DNA of 64,000 nt from positions 37,674 to 101,673 of the IMG/VR virus record IMGVR_UViG_3300034284_002638. One strand, written 5' to 3'. The notes beneath the pieces were generated by a model. It saw only the letters and a list, made by a program, of their open reading frames with translations. It did no database searches and was not told the DNA's origin. This stretch comes from a virus. Numbering within the stretch: position 1 is the first letter of the stretch; each line of letters opens with the position of its first letter. This document shows, piece after piece, positions 1-8,229 of the stretch. A program made the position numbers and the translations under genes.

Positions 1-243
1 GCGTATTACAATTCCGACCCTTGGCCTCCGAAGAGCGAGGACTGGCTGAGGCGCATACTCCGAACGGGAGCCTGGTTGGCAAGGGCGGATAACGCTGAAA
101 TTCAACTTGAGAAAGATCCCAACCTTTGTTCGTGTGCGGATCCCGGAGACTTCATGTGCCGGACATTCGGCGTCGTGGAGGCGACCATGATCCTCGTCCC
201 GAAGGAAATCGCAATCAAAATCATGACATTGGGGCTGCCGTGA
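1..243 (+). CDS. Partial small protein, member 1 of the 'LGLP' paralog family (5' end outside window)
   Basis: Frame 1 is open from base 1 to TGA at 241-243 and ends ...MILVPKEIAIKIMTLGLP; absent from the ORF track; the stop overlaps the next GTG start. Confidence 0.8.
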   Translation, partial: AYYNSDPWPPKSEDWLRRILRTGAWLARADNAEIQLEKDPNLCSCADPGDFMCRTFGVVEATMILVPKEIAIKIMTLGLP

Positions 244-530
244 ACAGAGAATCAATCTCCAAACTGGAGCACATGTTTCGTGATAGTTTCTTTAGGCTTT
301 ACGACATGTATTTCAGACATGAGCCCGTCATCAAACACGATTGTGTCATGCTGAAGTGGACCGAATTCTTGAAGGGTCATGGATGCTATTTTCTTTTAAA
401 GGGCCGTCTTGTTGAGCCAGTGAATCATCCGAAAGGCTTCGTGCTCGTGTCCGACCCCATCAGGTGCAGAACAATAGCGGCCCCGACAGAATTCGCCCTA
501 AAGGCTCTGTATTTTGGCGAAATCCCATGA
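240..530 (+). CDS. 'LGLP' paralog family member 2
   Basis: GTGA overlap start at 240; KWTEFLKGHG core; ends IAAPTEFALKALYFGEIP. Confidence 0.75.
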   Translation: MNRESISKLEHMFRDSFFRLYDMYFRHEPVIKHDCVMLKWTEFLKGHGCYFLLKGRLVEPVNHPKGFVLVSDPIRCRTIAAPTEFALKALYFGEIP

Positions 531-847
531 GCATGGATACTTTTTTAGACCAACTCAACCTCAAGGTGTACCGGCTCTTCAGAGAGAAGGGCAAGGAACT
601 GAAGGGTGCGGGCTTGTTCTCCGAAGAGGGTTGGCTGGAGTACATACATTCGCTGGGGTGCGAAACCTCCGACAAGCAATCCTGCACCCGGTGTGGCAAG
701 ACCAGCATCATCCCTTATGACTCAAAGATGATTGTCTTCAGGGACGAACATTTTATTCGGGAAAAGGACGGATCAAAATACTACGACCGAATGATATTGG
801 TAGACACAGAAACGGCATTCAAGATCGTCGCACTGGGACTGCCATGA
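527..847 (+). CDS. 'LGLP' paralog family member 3 (contains a CxxC insert)
   Basis: ATGA overlap; GWLEYIHSLG core; ends MILVDTETAFKIVALGLP. Confidence 0.8.
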   Translation: MSMDTFLDQLNLKVYRLFREKGKELKGAGLFSEEGWLEYIHSLGCETSDKQSCTRCGKTSIIPYDSKMIVFRDEHFIREKDGSKYYDRMILVDTETAFKIVALGLP

Positions 848-1140
848 TAACCCGAGAAAACAAGGACAAGATCGCCCAACTCATTCAAGAGTCCACCTCG
901 CATCCGAAATTGAAGTTCTCGGACACGCTCCCGAAGAAGTCCGGGATGAGCTTCTTCCAAGAGGAACTCCTCAAACTCGGGATAAAGGAAGTAGAGAAGG
1001 ACAAGGGCAAATTCGACAGCAAGAAGCACATAATCATTGATCTGGGGTGGCCCGTCAGAAGCGGCAAAGTGCTGAAAGTTCCAACCCCGTTGGCCATAAA
1101 GATTCTGGCGTTGGGCTTTTTTCCTTGGAAGATACAATAG
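844..1140 (+). CDS. 'LGLP' paralog family member 4
   Basis: ATGA overlap; ends LKVPTPLAIKILALGFFPWKIQ. Confidence 0.8.
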   Translation: MITRENKDKIAQLIQESTSHPKLKFSDTLPKKSGMSFFQEELLKLGIKEVEKDKGKFDSKKHIIIDLGWPVRSGKVLKVPTPLAIKILALGFFPWKIQ

Positions 1141-1154
1141 TTTTGGAGACACTC

Positions 1155-1397
1155 ATGGACGACGCCGAGAAACAAGATTTTGAACTCAATCCCGTCTCCC
1201 TCAAGACGGCCGGAACTATGAAGGTGCGCTATGTAAACGGGGACAAACTCAAGCCAGTGCAACTTGAAGATGGCGGACTAACATCCGGACAGCGGGATGC
1301 GATAAGAATCGCCTTGGTACATTTGATCTTGGCCTCGGTGAAAGACCCCTCGCTAGAAAAACACATTGAAACACTCAGGGACATGATTGAAGCATGA
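1155..1397 (+). CDS. Hypothetical protein
   Basis: GGAG Shine-Dalgarno before ATG 1155; stop coupled to the next start. Confidence 0.6.
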   Translation: MDDAEKQDFELNPVSLKTAGTMKVRYVNGDKLKPVQLEDGGLTSGQRDAIRIALVHLILASVKDPSLEKHIETLRDMIEA

Positions 1398-1612
1398 GCA
1401 AATTGGGAAGAACCGCGTGGTGCCTGCGTTCGCCGAAGGGGAGGCTTGTCATCAAGACGCTCCATTCAAGCCGATCCGCATGTCTGGAGTTGAGCATCCC
1501 GTGCTTCAGATTCAAGCATAACTGGCTCCAGCCTTTTAACAGGACATGGAAGGAAGCCAGAAGTCTCGGGTGGAGCGTTGTCCTTGTGGATATCAAGGAA
1601 AAATCAAAATGA
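1394..1612 (+). CDS. Hypothetical basic protein
   Basis: ATGA-coupled at both ends. Confidence 0.55.
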   Translation: MSKLGRTAWCLRSPKGRLVIKTLHSSRSACLELSIPCFRFKHNWLQPFNRTWKEARSLGWSVVLVDIKEKSK

Positions 1613-1719
1613 ACATTTTTCAAAAACTCAATACTCCGATAACTGTTCCTAAATGGAAGTATGCTCTTTTGTGGCTTTTGGTGTTTATGACCGCCGTCAC
1701 TCACATGTTTAAGAAGTGA
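1609..1719 (+). CDS. 36-aa hydrophobic peptide (MNIFQKLNTPITVPKWKYALLWLLVFMTAVTHMFKK)
   Basis: ATGA overlap with the previous stop; single hydrophobic stretch; below the ORF-track cutoff. Confidence 0.45.
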   Translation: MNIFQKLNTPITVPKWKYALLWLLVFMTAVTHMFKK

Positions 1720-1763
1720 CCGTCGGCCAAAGGAAAAACACATGACTGAGTCAAAGGTGAATA

Positions 1764-2126
1764 ATGAGTGAACAAGAACCTGTGGCGTGGGCTCTTTATC
1801 CGCCTCTTGATGAAACGCCAAAAAAGCCAGTGATGGTATTTCAATGCCTAAAAGATGCGAATGATGAAGCGATTGAGTCCGGGTGTGATATCGTCCCTCT
1901 GTACCGCCAATCGCGGTGGATTCCTATAACGGAACAACTCCCCCCAGAGGGCGAGCGCGTTTTGTTTTACTTGGACGATCCGTTGACAGAGGTGAATCTT
2001 GGATGGTGGGAGGGCAAGCACACGCACGGCAAAGCGATTGCCATGGAGTACGGAGATGCCGACGGCGATTGGCTCCCGTGTAGCCACTGGATGTCGCTTC
2101 CGACCACAACGAGTGAACAAAAATGA
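1764..2126 (+). CDS. DUF551-like phage protein
   Basis: 'EPVAW', 'RWIPITEQLPPEGERVL' and 'SHWMSLP' are typical of DUF551 proteins. Confidence 0.75.
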   Translation: MSEQEPVAWALYPPLDETPKKPVMVFQCLKDANDEAIESGCDIVPLYRQSRWIPITEQLPPEGERVLFYLDDPLTEVNLGWWEGKHTHGKAIAMEYGDADGDWLPCSHWMSLPTTTSEQK

Positions 2127-2240
2127 GAAGAACAAACCAGATAGTCGGCATGGTCAACTTCCCGGTGGACTCGGATCAGTACGAGAGCACCAAGGTATGA
2201 TTAGGTTGCATACGCTGCCAACCCCAGTGACGAGATGTAG

Positions 2241-2651
2241 ATGAAACCGAGAAAGCAAAAAAAAATGAACGACGAACAGAAAACTTGGTTGAAAGTTCTC
2301 CTTTATTTAGTTGCAATCATATCATTGGTTTCTTTCTTGTGTTATTTGGACAATGAGTGGAGAGAGAAGATGGGCTCCGCCATCTTTTGCCCCAAGGGCG
2401 TCAAGCCGAACAATGTGGTGGAACGCTTCCACGAACACCAAGAAGTCAAGGTCTTGGAAAAGGGTACCGACGAGGTCGTAAGGACCTACGGAAGGGTGCG
2501 GCTCACTTTCCTCTCCAAGGATTCGTTCATGATACAGGACGACAACACAGGGAACCCCATCCTGCTTCTCGTGCAACTCAAACCCAACGAATATGTCACG
2601 GCGTTCACGAAAACTGAAAATTTTGAAGCCAAGGCTTGGGGTTTAAAATGA
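2241..2651 (+). CDS. Hypothetical protein with N-terminal transmembrane helix
   Basis: WLKVLLYLVAIISLVSFLCYL hydrophobic segment. Confidence 0.6.
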   Translation: MKPRKQKKMNDEQKTWLKVLLYLVAIISLVSFLCYLDNEWREKMGSAIFCPKGVKPNNVVERFHEHQEVKVLEKGTDEVVRTYGRVRLTFLSKDSFMIQDDNTGNPILLLVQLKPNEYVTAFTKTENFEAKAWGLK

Positions 2652-3061
2652 ATGAGTCTTGTGCCGATCCCGACGCCCCGCTCGAGAGCTGCTTCGTGTG
2701 TGGAAAATCCATCCACACCTGCGAAAGGAAAGAGGCCGTAAACAACAGCTATCTCTGTCCCGTTCATGGCGACGGGTGGCAGAGGGGCGATGGGGCTTGG
2801 ATCTGTAGCGAGGAGTGCGACCAGAAGTATGAAGCCGACAAGCCCCGCCACTCCAGCTTAAAGTTCTTCCACCCCTTCAACTTCGTCTTCGTCAAGAGGC
2901 CGAAGACGGACGATCCCAACTGGCACCCCAGTGACGACCTTCACCAATATGGATTCAGCCTTGACCTGACTACCGAACTTTATTTCTACACCTACGACTG
3001 GGGCCGGGGTTTTAACTTCAGGGTATTGGGATTCGGATTCGAGGTGTGCTTCAACCCATGA
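2648..3061 (+). CDS. Hypothetical Cys-rich (possible zinc-binding) protein
   Basis: CFVCG, CPVHG and CSEEC motifs; ATGA-coupled. Confidence 0.6.
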   Translation: MNESCADPDAPLESCFVCGKSIHTCERKEAVNNSYLCPVHGDGWQRGDGAWICSEECDQKYEADKPRHSSLKFFHPFNFVFVKRPKTDDPNWHPSDDLHQYGFSLDLTTELYFYTYDWGRGFNFRVLGFGFEVCFNP

Positions 3062-3267
3062 ATATCGAAAACGAGTTCCACACGGCGATCCTTCTGACGA
3101 TCGACCTGCACCGCCTGGTCACCGCCGGGCAAGGCGAGTCGGAGGAAGCCGACATCGTCCGCGAAACGCTGGGCAGTCTGCTGCTGACATTAGAGAAGGA
3201 CGACAGCGACCTTTGCGCTAAGGTATCGGCGAGGCTAGACTGGTACGAGAGATGGTATAGACAATGA
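3058..3267 (+). CDS. Hypothetical protein
   Basis: ATGA-coupled ORF. Confidence 0.55.
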   Translation: MNIENEFHTAILLTIDLHRLVTAGQGESEEADIVRETLGSLLLTLEKDDSDLCAKVSARLDWYERWYRQ

Positions 3268-3339
3268 AAATAAAAAAGCTCACGGCGGACCTCAGCCGAA
3301 GTGCAACCCGTACACAGCATTCGATGAAAAGGTGGATGT

Positions 3340-3594
3340 ATGACTAAAACTTGGGATTTCACCCTCGTGCTGAAGGGGGTGTCGGACTTGACCGACGATC
3401 TGGCCGACGCCCTTTTTGAGGCGGGATGCGACGACGCGACCCATAGCATGGTGGGCGGCAAGCCTCTTCTTGATTTCTCCAGGGAGGCGGAATCGCTCGA
3501 GGAAGCCGTCTTGACCGCCTTGGAAGACATCCGGCGGGCCGGCGAGATGCTGGGTGTCCCTTTGGATGTGGAACGCATTGGAGATGAACTGTGA
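3340..3594 (+). CDS. Conserved small protein (LADALFEAGCDDAT family; possibly HicB-like fold)
   Basis: FTLVL...LADALFEAGCDDAT...LDFSREAESLEEAVLTALEDIRRAG resembles a family I recall from Planctomycetes and other bacteria. Confidence 0.6.
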   Translation: MTKTWDFTLVLKGVSDLTDDLADALFEAGCDDATHSMVGGKPLLDFSREAESLEEAVLTALEDIRRAGEMLGVPLDVERIGDEL

Positions 3595-3833
3595 AACTCT
3601 CCGACGACAACATCAAAAAGCTTGAAGTTCTTCTTCGCAACGCACTTGCGATTAGATCAATGGGTCCTGAGGCTCTGCCTGCGAGTAGCGGCATTTTTTT
3701 GGCAGACATGATGTACGATTTCAGCGAATTCCCGAAGGGTTTCGTGCCGGTGAATCTCGGGATGGAGTATTACGCCTTGATTCCCAATGAACTAGCCATG
3801 AGGGCGTTGACCCTCGGCCACCTTGAATTTTAA
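3591..3833 (+). CDS. 'LGLP' paralog family member 5
   Basis: GTGA-coupled; N-terminal DNIKKLEVLL; ends ALIPNELAMRALTLGHLEF. Confidence 0.75.
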   Translation: MKLSDDNIKKLEVLLRNALAIRSMGPEALPASSGIFLADMMYDFSEFPKGFVPVNLGMEYYALIPNELAMRALTLGHLEF

Positions 3834-3836
3834 ACC

Positions 3837-4223
3837 ATGAATTCCGATAAATTCTGGGCACGGGAGGCCCTCAACAAACTCACCGAAGTCCTCACTGGAG
3901 CCATCGGCCCGCCCTTCCCGGTTCAACAGAACCAGCCCTTGCCCCATCCTCCATTTTTGGAGAAGTGGAGGGAATTCTGTATAAAACACAAAATCAAGCC
4001 GGGAGCCCCCGACTTCTATGTCAAGGGCGCTCACTACACCGACAAGTCCGTTGCGGACTTCTATGATTTTGAAGAAGTGCCAATGTACTACGATCATAAA
4101 AACACGGTCGTTGTCCTCAACCCCTTCTTCGGCCAAAAGTCAGAGGAAGACTTTCTCAGATACAAATGGCTTGAAATAGACGCGGAACTGGCGGTGAGGT
4201 TCCTTGTGCTAGGTCTCCCATGA
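3837..4223 (+). CDS. 'LGLP' paralog family member 6
   Basis: KWREFCIKHK core; ends LEIDAELAVRFLVLGLP. Confidence 0.8.
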   Translation: MNSDKFWAREALNKLTEVLTGAIGPPFPVQQNQPLPHPPFLEKWREFCIKHKIKPGAPDFYVKGAHYTDKSVADFYDFEEVPMYYDHKNTVVVLNPFFGQKSEEDFLRYKWLEIDAELAVRFLVLGLP

Positions 4224-4615
4224 GCGAAAATAAAAGCATATCCAAGAGGGCTTTTGAACTCTTGTACGACGAGTTCAGCAAGATCACTCACATGTCTCAC
4301 TGGTCTTATGGCGATCATCGTCGCCCCACGGGCACGAACCGAATGCTATACAGATGGGACAGATACCTCAAGAAACTCGGTGGGGTTCGAAGGGAGACGC
4401 TGAAGGATTTCCTGATCGACTTCAAGCCGAAACTGAGGGATGACCAGTTCGTAGCCGTAGATCCGGCCACGAAGTTCTACAACAGGGGCGGATCTGACGG
4501 CAGGGTCAGGATGCTCGTCATCGACAAGGACTTCGCGCTCAAGATGCTTACGATTGGCCCCCCAGACATCAGGGAAATGAAGTACAGGGTTCCACGGGAC
4601 TGGGAGGCGGAATGA
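4220..4615 (+). CDS. 'LGLP' paralog family member 7
   Basis: RWDRYLKKLG core; LVIDKDFALKMLTIGPP followed by a short extension. Confidence 0.8.
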   Translation: MSENKSISKRAFELLYDEFSKITHMSHWSYGDHRRPTGTNRMLYRWDRYLKKLGGVRRETLKDFLIDFKPKLRDDQFVAVDPATKFYNRGGSDGRVRMLVIDKDFALKMLTIGPPDIREMKYRVPRDWEAE

Positions 4616-5007
4616 GTTCCACGAACTGGTCCAAGAAGAAATTAAAAAAGGCTCCCCTTCCTTGGATTCGTGCTCCATGGGAACTCAAAGATCCGACCCA
4701 TCGGAAGATCATGCTCGTAATTAATCAATCCTTTGAAAGAATGTTCGGTCACAAGTTCACGCTCAGTTGCTCCGAGAGGAGATTGTGGGGAGAGTTCTTG
4801 AACGAGAGAGCCATACATTGGAAGATAAAACTCCCCCGACAGCCCGCGGATTGCGACTCCTGGAATGGTTGGAATTTTGTGGTGTGCCCAAAGGACTCGG
4901 TTCTTTTGGCCCAACCAAAGAACCTAGAGGGCTATGTGGAGGTCGGCAAATTCTTTATTCCTGAGGATCTAGCCACAAGAATGCTGGTTCTGGGGGAGCT
5001 GCTATAA
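4612..5007 (+). CDS. 'LGLP' paralog family member 8
   Basis: LWGEFLNERA core; ends FFIPEDLATRMLVLGELL. Confidence 0.8.
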   Translation: MSSTNWSKKKLKKAPLPWIRAPWELKDPTHRKIMLVINQSFERMFGHKFTLSCSERRLWGEFLNERAIHWKIKLPRQPADCDSWNGWNFVVCPKDSVLLAQPKNLEGYVEVGKFFIPEDLATRMLVLGELL

Positions 5008-5008
5008 A

Positions 5009-5323
5009 ATGTATTCAAGCAACGGAACAAGTCTCATCACCGAGATCGAGGCCAAACTAGGAGATCTGATGAGGGATGGTTTTCCCCACGACGGAACATA
5101 TTCAGAATATCACAAGGCCAAAGATAAATTTCTCGCATGTATAGAGGCCAACGGAATAAGGCTTATGTCCTTCTGGGATTATACGGAAACGAAGAAGAAA
5201 AAAACGACCGGGATCAACCTTGCCCCAAGCCCGTTCTCAACTCCAGGCAGGGAAGACCATTATGTCGTATTCGACGACGAACTAGCGACGAGGGTGTTGG
5301 CGTTGGGCTTTCTTCCTAGATAA
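5009..5323 (+). CDS. 'LGLP' paralog family member 9
   Basis: Ends VVFDDELATRVLALGFLPR. Confidence 0.8.
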   Translation: MYSSNGTSLITEIEAKLGDLMRDGFPHDGTYSEYHKAKDKFLACIEANGIRLMSFWDYTETKKKKTTGINLAPSPFSTPGREDHYVVFDDELATRVLALGFLPR

Positions 5324-5989
5324 TCATTCGTCTATTGCTTGGCGTCTGACCTCTTGCCCCAACTTGTTGATCCTCTGCTCGGTGTATACCTCAAACTTCC
5401 AGCCCCGCACCTTGCACGCCTCCTCTGCCGCACGCCACTTGTTCTTGTTCATCTCAAGGTCGGTCTGGTTGGACGGCTTGATCTCCCAAAGCTGCTTGGT
5501 GCCGTCCATGAAGTTCACGATGAGGTCGGGCGTGTACCTGTGGGCCTGCCCTTGGTGTATGTAATCTATCTGGAACGGTTCGGAGTAGAACGACTCAACA
5601 TCGTCATGCTGATCCAGTATCTTGTAGACCTTCTCCTCCAGGCCGCTCCTGTAGCCCAAGACCCTCCCCGTCTTCGTAGATTCGTACTTGCCCTGCTTGA
5701 ACTTGGGCTTCCTCGTCTTCTTTCCCTTCTGCGAGAAGTCGTGCCACAGTATGGCCCGGGCCTGCCCGGCATAGTTTCTGAAGTCAAAGTTGGGATGCTT
5801 GACCTTCATATGAAGTTTGACATCCCTAACAGGTGCCCCGCAGTGCTCCAGGGGGCATCTCACAAACTCCCTGCCCTCCTCGTGGCTTTCCAAGATGTGC
5901 GACTTGAACTCCGCATAATCCTCGAACTGGACCCCGCAACAAAAGCACACGTATTTCTTGCCGGAACCGTCTGCGAAGGGGAGAGTCAT
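5324..5989 (-). CDS. TnsA-like / T4 gp4-like head-completion nuclease with N-terminal C2H2-type zinc fingers
   Basis: YRSGLE...SEPFQIDY...YTPD...WEIKP PD-(D/E)xK motif; N-terminal CxxC...HxxxxH and CxxxxC...HxxxxH. Confidence 0.8.
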   Translation of the reverse strand: MTLPFADGSGKKYVCFCCGVQFEDYAEFKSHILESHEEGREFVRCPLEHCGAPVRDVKLHMKVKHPNFDFRNYAGQARAILWHDFSQKGKKTRKPKFKQGKYESTKTGRVLGYRSGLEEKVYKILDQHDDVESFYSEPFQIDYIHQGQAHRYTPDLIVNFMDGTKQLWEIKPSNQTDLEMNKNKWRAAEEACKVRGWKFEVYTEQRINKLGQEVRRQAIDE

Positions 5990-6165
5990 CTTTCTCCTTG
6001 GTAGTTCGACCTGATATCTTCAAGGATTTGATCCATGACCTCATCGGCCGAACGGCACTTCTTTTGCGTCACGGATCCTTCCTTGTACCAGACATAGCCG
6101 TCAAAGTTGTCCTCCACGACATATCCTATGCTGCTGGCCCAGCTCTCTATGTTTTTGTACGGCAA
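5986..6165 (-). CDS. Hypothetical 59-aa protein
   Basis: TTG start after GGAGGAG; LPYKNIESWASSIGY...NYQGER; stop overlaps the ATG of the nuclease; not in the ORF track. Confidence 0.55.
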   Translation of the reverse strand: MPYKNIESWASSIGYVVEDNFDGYVWYKEGSVTQKKCRSADEVMDQILEDIRSNYQGER

Positions 6166-6168
6166 TTT

Positions 6169-6561
6169 TCACTCCTCCCCATAAGTCTTGTCGCCATCCT
6201 CGTCATCGGACACGACAATCATTTTCTTGCCCTTCTTCTCTAAGTGCTTTTCTGCCTTTTCCTGGGTGACCACTTCTATTTCGTCAATGTCGCCGCTGTG
6301 GAATACGGACATGGACTTGTCTCCGTCTGTAGATTTTTCCAAGTCATAGGCGGAGAAGCTGGCCTCCTTTGCCCAATCCTCGTCCTCCTTGGACTCGGGA
6401 CTTTTCATGCGGGCGAAGGTTATGCGTCCCGTCTCCGTAGCCCCGTACAAGACACCGTCCTTCTTGAAAAAAAGACAAAGGTCATTCTCTGTGAACAGTC
6501 TGGAGGCGGTGTCCCATTTATCCATCAGTTCTCGAAAATTAGAAAATGCCGGACTGTCCAT
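6169..6561 (-). CDS. Hypothetical protein
   Basis: ORF in a co-directional run; N-terminal 'FSNFRELMDKW' resembles the dispersed leader motif. Confidence 0.7.
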   Translation of the reverse strand: MDSPAFSNFRELMDKWDTASRLFTENDLCLFFKKDGVLYGATETGRITFARMKSPESKEDEDWAKEASFSAYDLEKSTDGDKSMSVFHSGDIDEIEVVTQEKAEKHLEKKGKKMIVVSDDEDGDKTYGEE

Positions 6562-6637
6562 AATTCTTCCTCAATTCAAGATGAACCAACATCACTCATA
6601 GAAGGTTCTTCACCGCCGAGGATATATACACCTAAAC

Positions 6638-7045
6638 ATGAGCAAAAAAACATTTAGATCGTTCCTGGAGGAGGATCAGTCCTACCTTTCCTCGCTTGAG
6701 GATACGCTCGGAATAGACCCGAGAGACATGGAAATAGAGCCCCAGATAGGCAAATTCTTCTCCTTCAGCCAAGAAGCCTCCAAAAGGCTTGGCCTAACCA
6801 GCAATGTTGGCCCCTACGAGATTAAAAAATTTAAAAGAAACAGCGAAGGAAAAATAACCCATGCGGTCGTAGTGAAAATAAACGACCCCTTCATTAAGAG
6901 TTCAGAGTACAAGGACGAAGACGGAAATGTCGTCCGAGTGGACAAGGATAAAGAAAACCAGACTTTCCTCGTGGACATAAAGGATCTTGAGGGGTTGCTC
7001 AAGCAAGATCTGGAGCCCTCTCCGGGTCAAGGCGGAATAGCCTAA
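6638..7045 (+). CDS. Hypothetical protein with capsid-targeting-like N-terminus (MSKKTFRSFLEE)
   Basis: N-terminal motif; TATATA 9 nt upstream of the ATG. Confidence 0.7.
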   Translation: MSKKTFRSFLEEDQSYLSSLEDTLGIDPRDMEIEPQIGKFFSFSQEASKRLGLTSNVGPYEIKKFKRNSEGKITHAVVVKINDPFIKSSEYKDEDGNVVRVDKDKENQTFLVDIKDLEGLLKQDLEPSPGQGGIA

Positions 7046-7629
7046 TTGGAGAATTCCAAGAAAGGCAAAATAAGATCGTCAATCTTGGAATAAAGTTGAT
7101 CCAGGCTGCCGTCGTTCACCAGGAAAAAGTCCACCAGCCCGAAGTCCCCAGTTGAGCAATTGACCCGACCCTCAATGCCCTCCTTCAAGAAATATTCAAC
7201 AAACTCTCTTATCTGAGATTCTGAATCGTTCGGGTCATTGTTGATAAAGCCGGGTCTATAAATAAGTATATTTTTCCCACCCCTCTCTCTTACCGCAAGA
7301 AGTTCGTTCTTGTATCTGACATCGCTTATTATCAAAGATTTATGATCTATACGAAGAAGCATCTCGATCCATATTTCGTCTTTTATGCTCCTAAATCCGT
7401 CCCCTATAAACTGAAGGGCTTGTCGGACAGGTATCTTAAATCCCGGAGGAGGTTCCGAGACGGTCTTCCACTTCTCTATAAAATCAAGATCTACGCCAAA
7501 TGTCTCGCAAAAAATGCGTTTGACATTTGAGGCAAACGAGCCCCTACCCCAACCCAGCCTTTTGGCCAGATAGTCCGCCGTGACGTCCTTGCCCTGACGG
7601 AGCTGTCCCGCACAAGCCAACAATCTCAT
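7042..7629 (-). CDS. Deoxynucleoside monophosphate kinase (T4 gp1-like)
   Basis: P-loop GQLRQGKD, SFA, RQALQFIGDGFR, IISDVRYKNE, NDGSL. Confidence 0.85.
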   Translation of the reverse strand: MRLLACAGQLRQGKDVTADYLAKRLGWGRGSFASNVKRIFCETFGVDLDFIEKWKTVSEPPPGFKIPVRQALQFIGDGFRSIKDEIWIEMLLRIDHKSLIISDVRYKNELLAVRERGGKNILIYRPGFINNDPNDSESQIREFVEYFLKEGIEGRVNCSTGDFGLVDFFLVNDGSLDQLYSKIDDLILPFLEFSN

Positions 7630-7701
7630 TTTTAAACCTTTTCCTCACTGAGATTATACTCTTTTATTCAACAAGTTCAATACATACATTTGGAAAAAAA
7701 T

Positions 7702-7950
7702 ATGAAAGAGCCCAGATGCGGCAACTGTCTTCTTTTTGACAAAACAAAAGAAACCTGCGGGGTGGCAATCCTTATCGAGGGAAATAGATACCACATGCCA
7801 GTAGATCCCAAGGACAAGTGCCACATGGACGAATTGGGCATACCGGTCAACCAAGTAAGATGGTGGGTGGAGGATCCTAGCACTGGGGAAAAGACCGATA
7901 AAGATGGAGTTGTAAAAATTGAATATCCAGAAGACTTTTTTGGGAGCTAA
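7702..7950 (+). CDS. Hypothetical Cys-containing protein
   Basis: CGNC...C...C; start of a tightly packed + strand run. Confidence 0.65.
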   Translation: MKEPRCGNCLLFDKTKETCGVAILIEGNRYHMPVDPKDKCHMDELGIPVNQVRWWVEDPSTGEKTDKDGVVKIEYPEDFFGS

Positions 7951-8229
7951 ATGGGAGACTGCTGCGGACAACAGTTCAAACGAGGCCGGCCTGGGTTGGC
8001 GGCCGATCCTAGTCAACAGTGCTTTGTGGACTGCTGCGACAAGTCTTGTCCGCCCGAAAACTGCTGCGATAGCATAACCATACACTTCGAGTGCGGACCC
8101 AAGGAGCCTCCAGAATGCACTTGCGACTGCATTTTTAATGGATACAGCTTCGGCGGCGTGACATTCAAGAAACGAATGCTTCCCACACCAACCCCAATTA
8201 CAACCCCTGGAGGGGGGTCGTCGCCATGA
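7951..8229 (+). CDS. Very Cys-rich small protein
   Basis: Multiple CC and CxCxC motifs; abuts both neighbours. Confidence 0.65.
   Translation: MGDCCGQQFKRGRPGLAADPSQQCFVDCCDKSCPPENCCDSITIHFECGPKEPPECTCDCIFNGYSFGGVTFKKRMLPTPTPITTPGGGSSP

Noticed and set aside
1-5323. Diversity-generating retroelement as the source of paralog variation
   Set aside because: No reverse transcriptase and no near-identical template/variable repeat pair in the window; divergence spans the whole proteins
5324-5989. TnsA-like nuclease as a sign of a Tn7 transposon
   Set aside because: No TnsB, TnsC or TnsD and no terminal repeats; a phage gp4-like or free-standing nuclease fits the context
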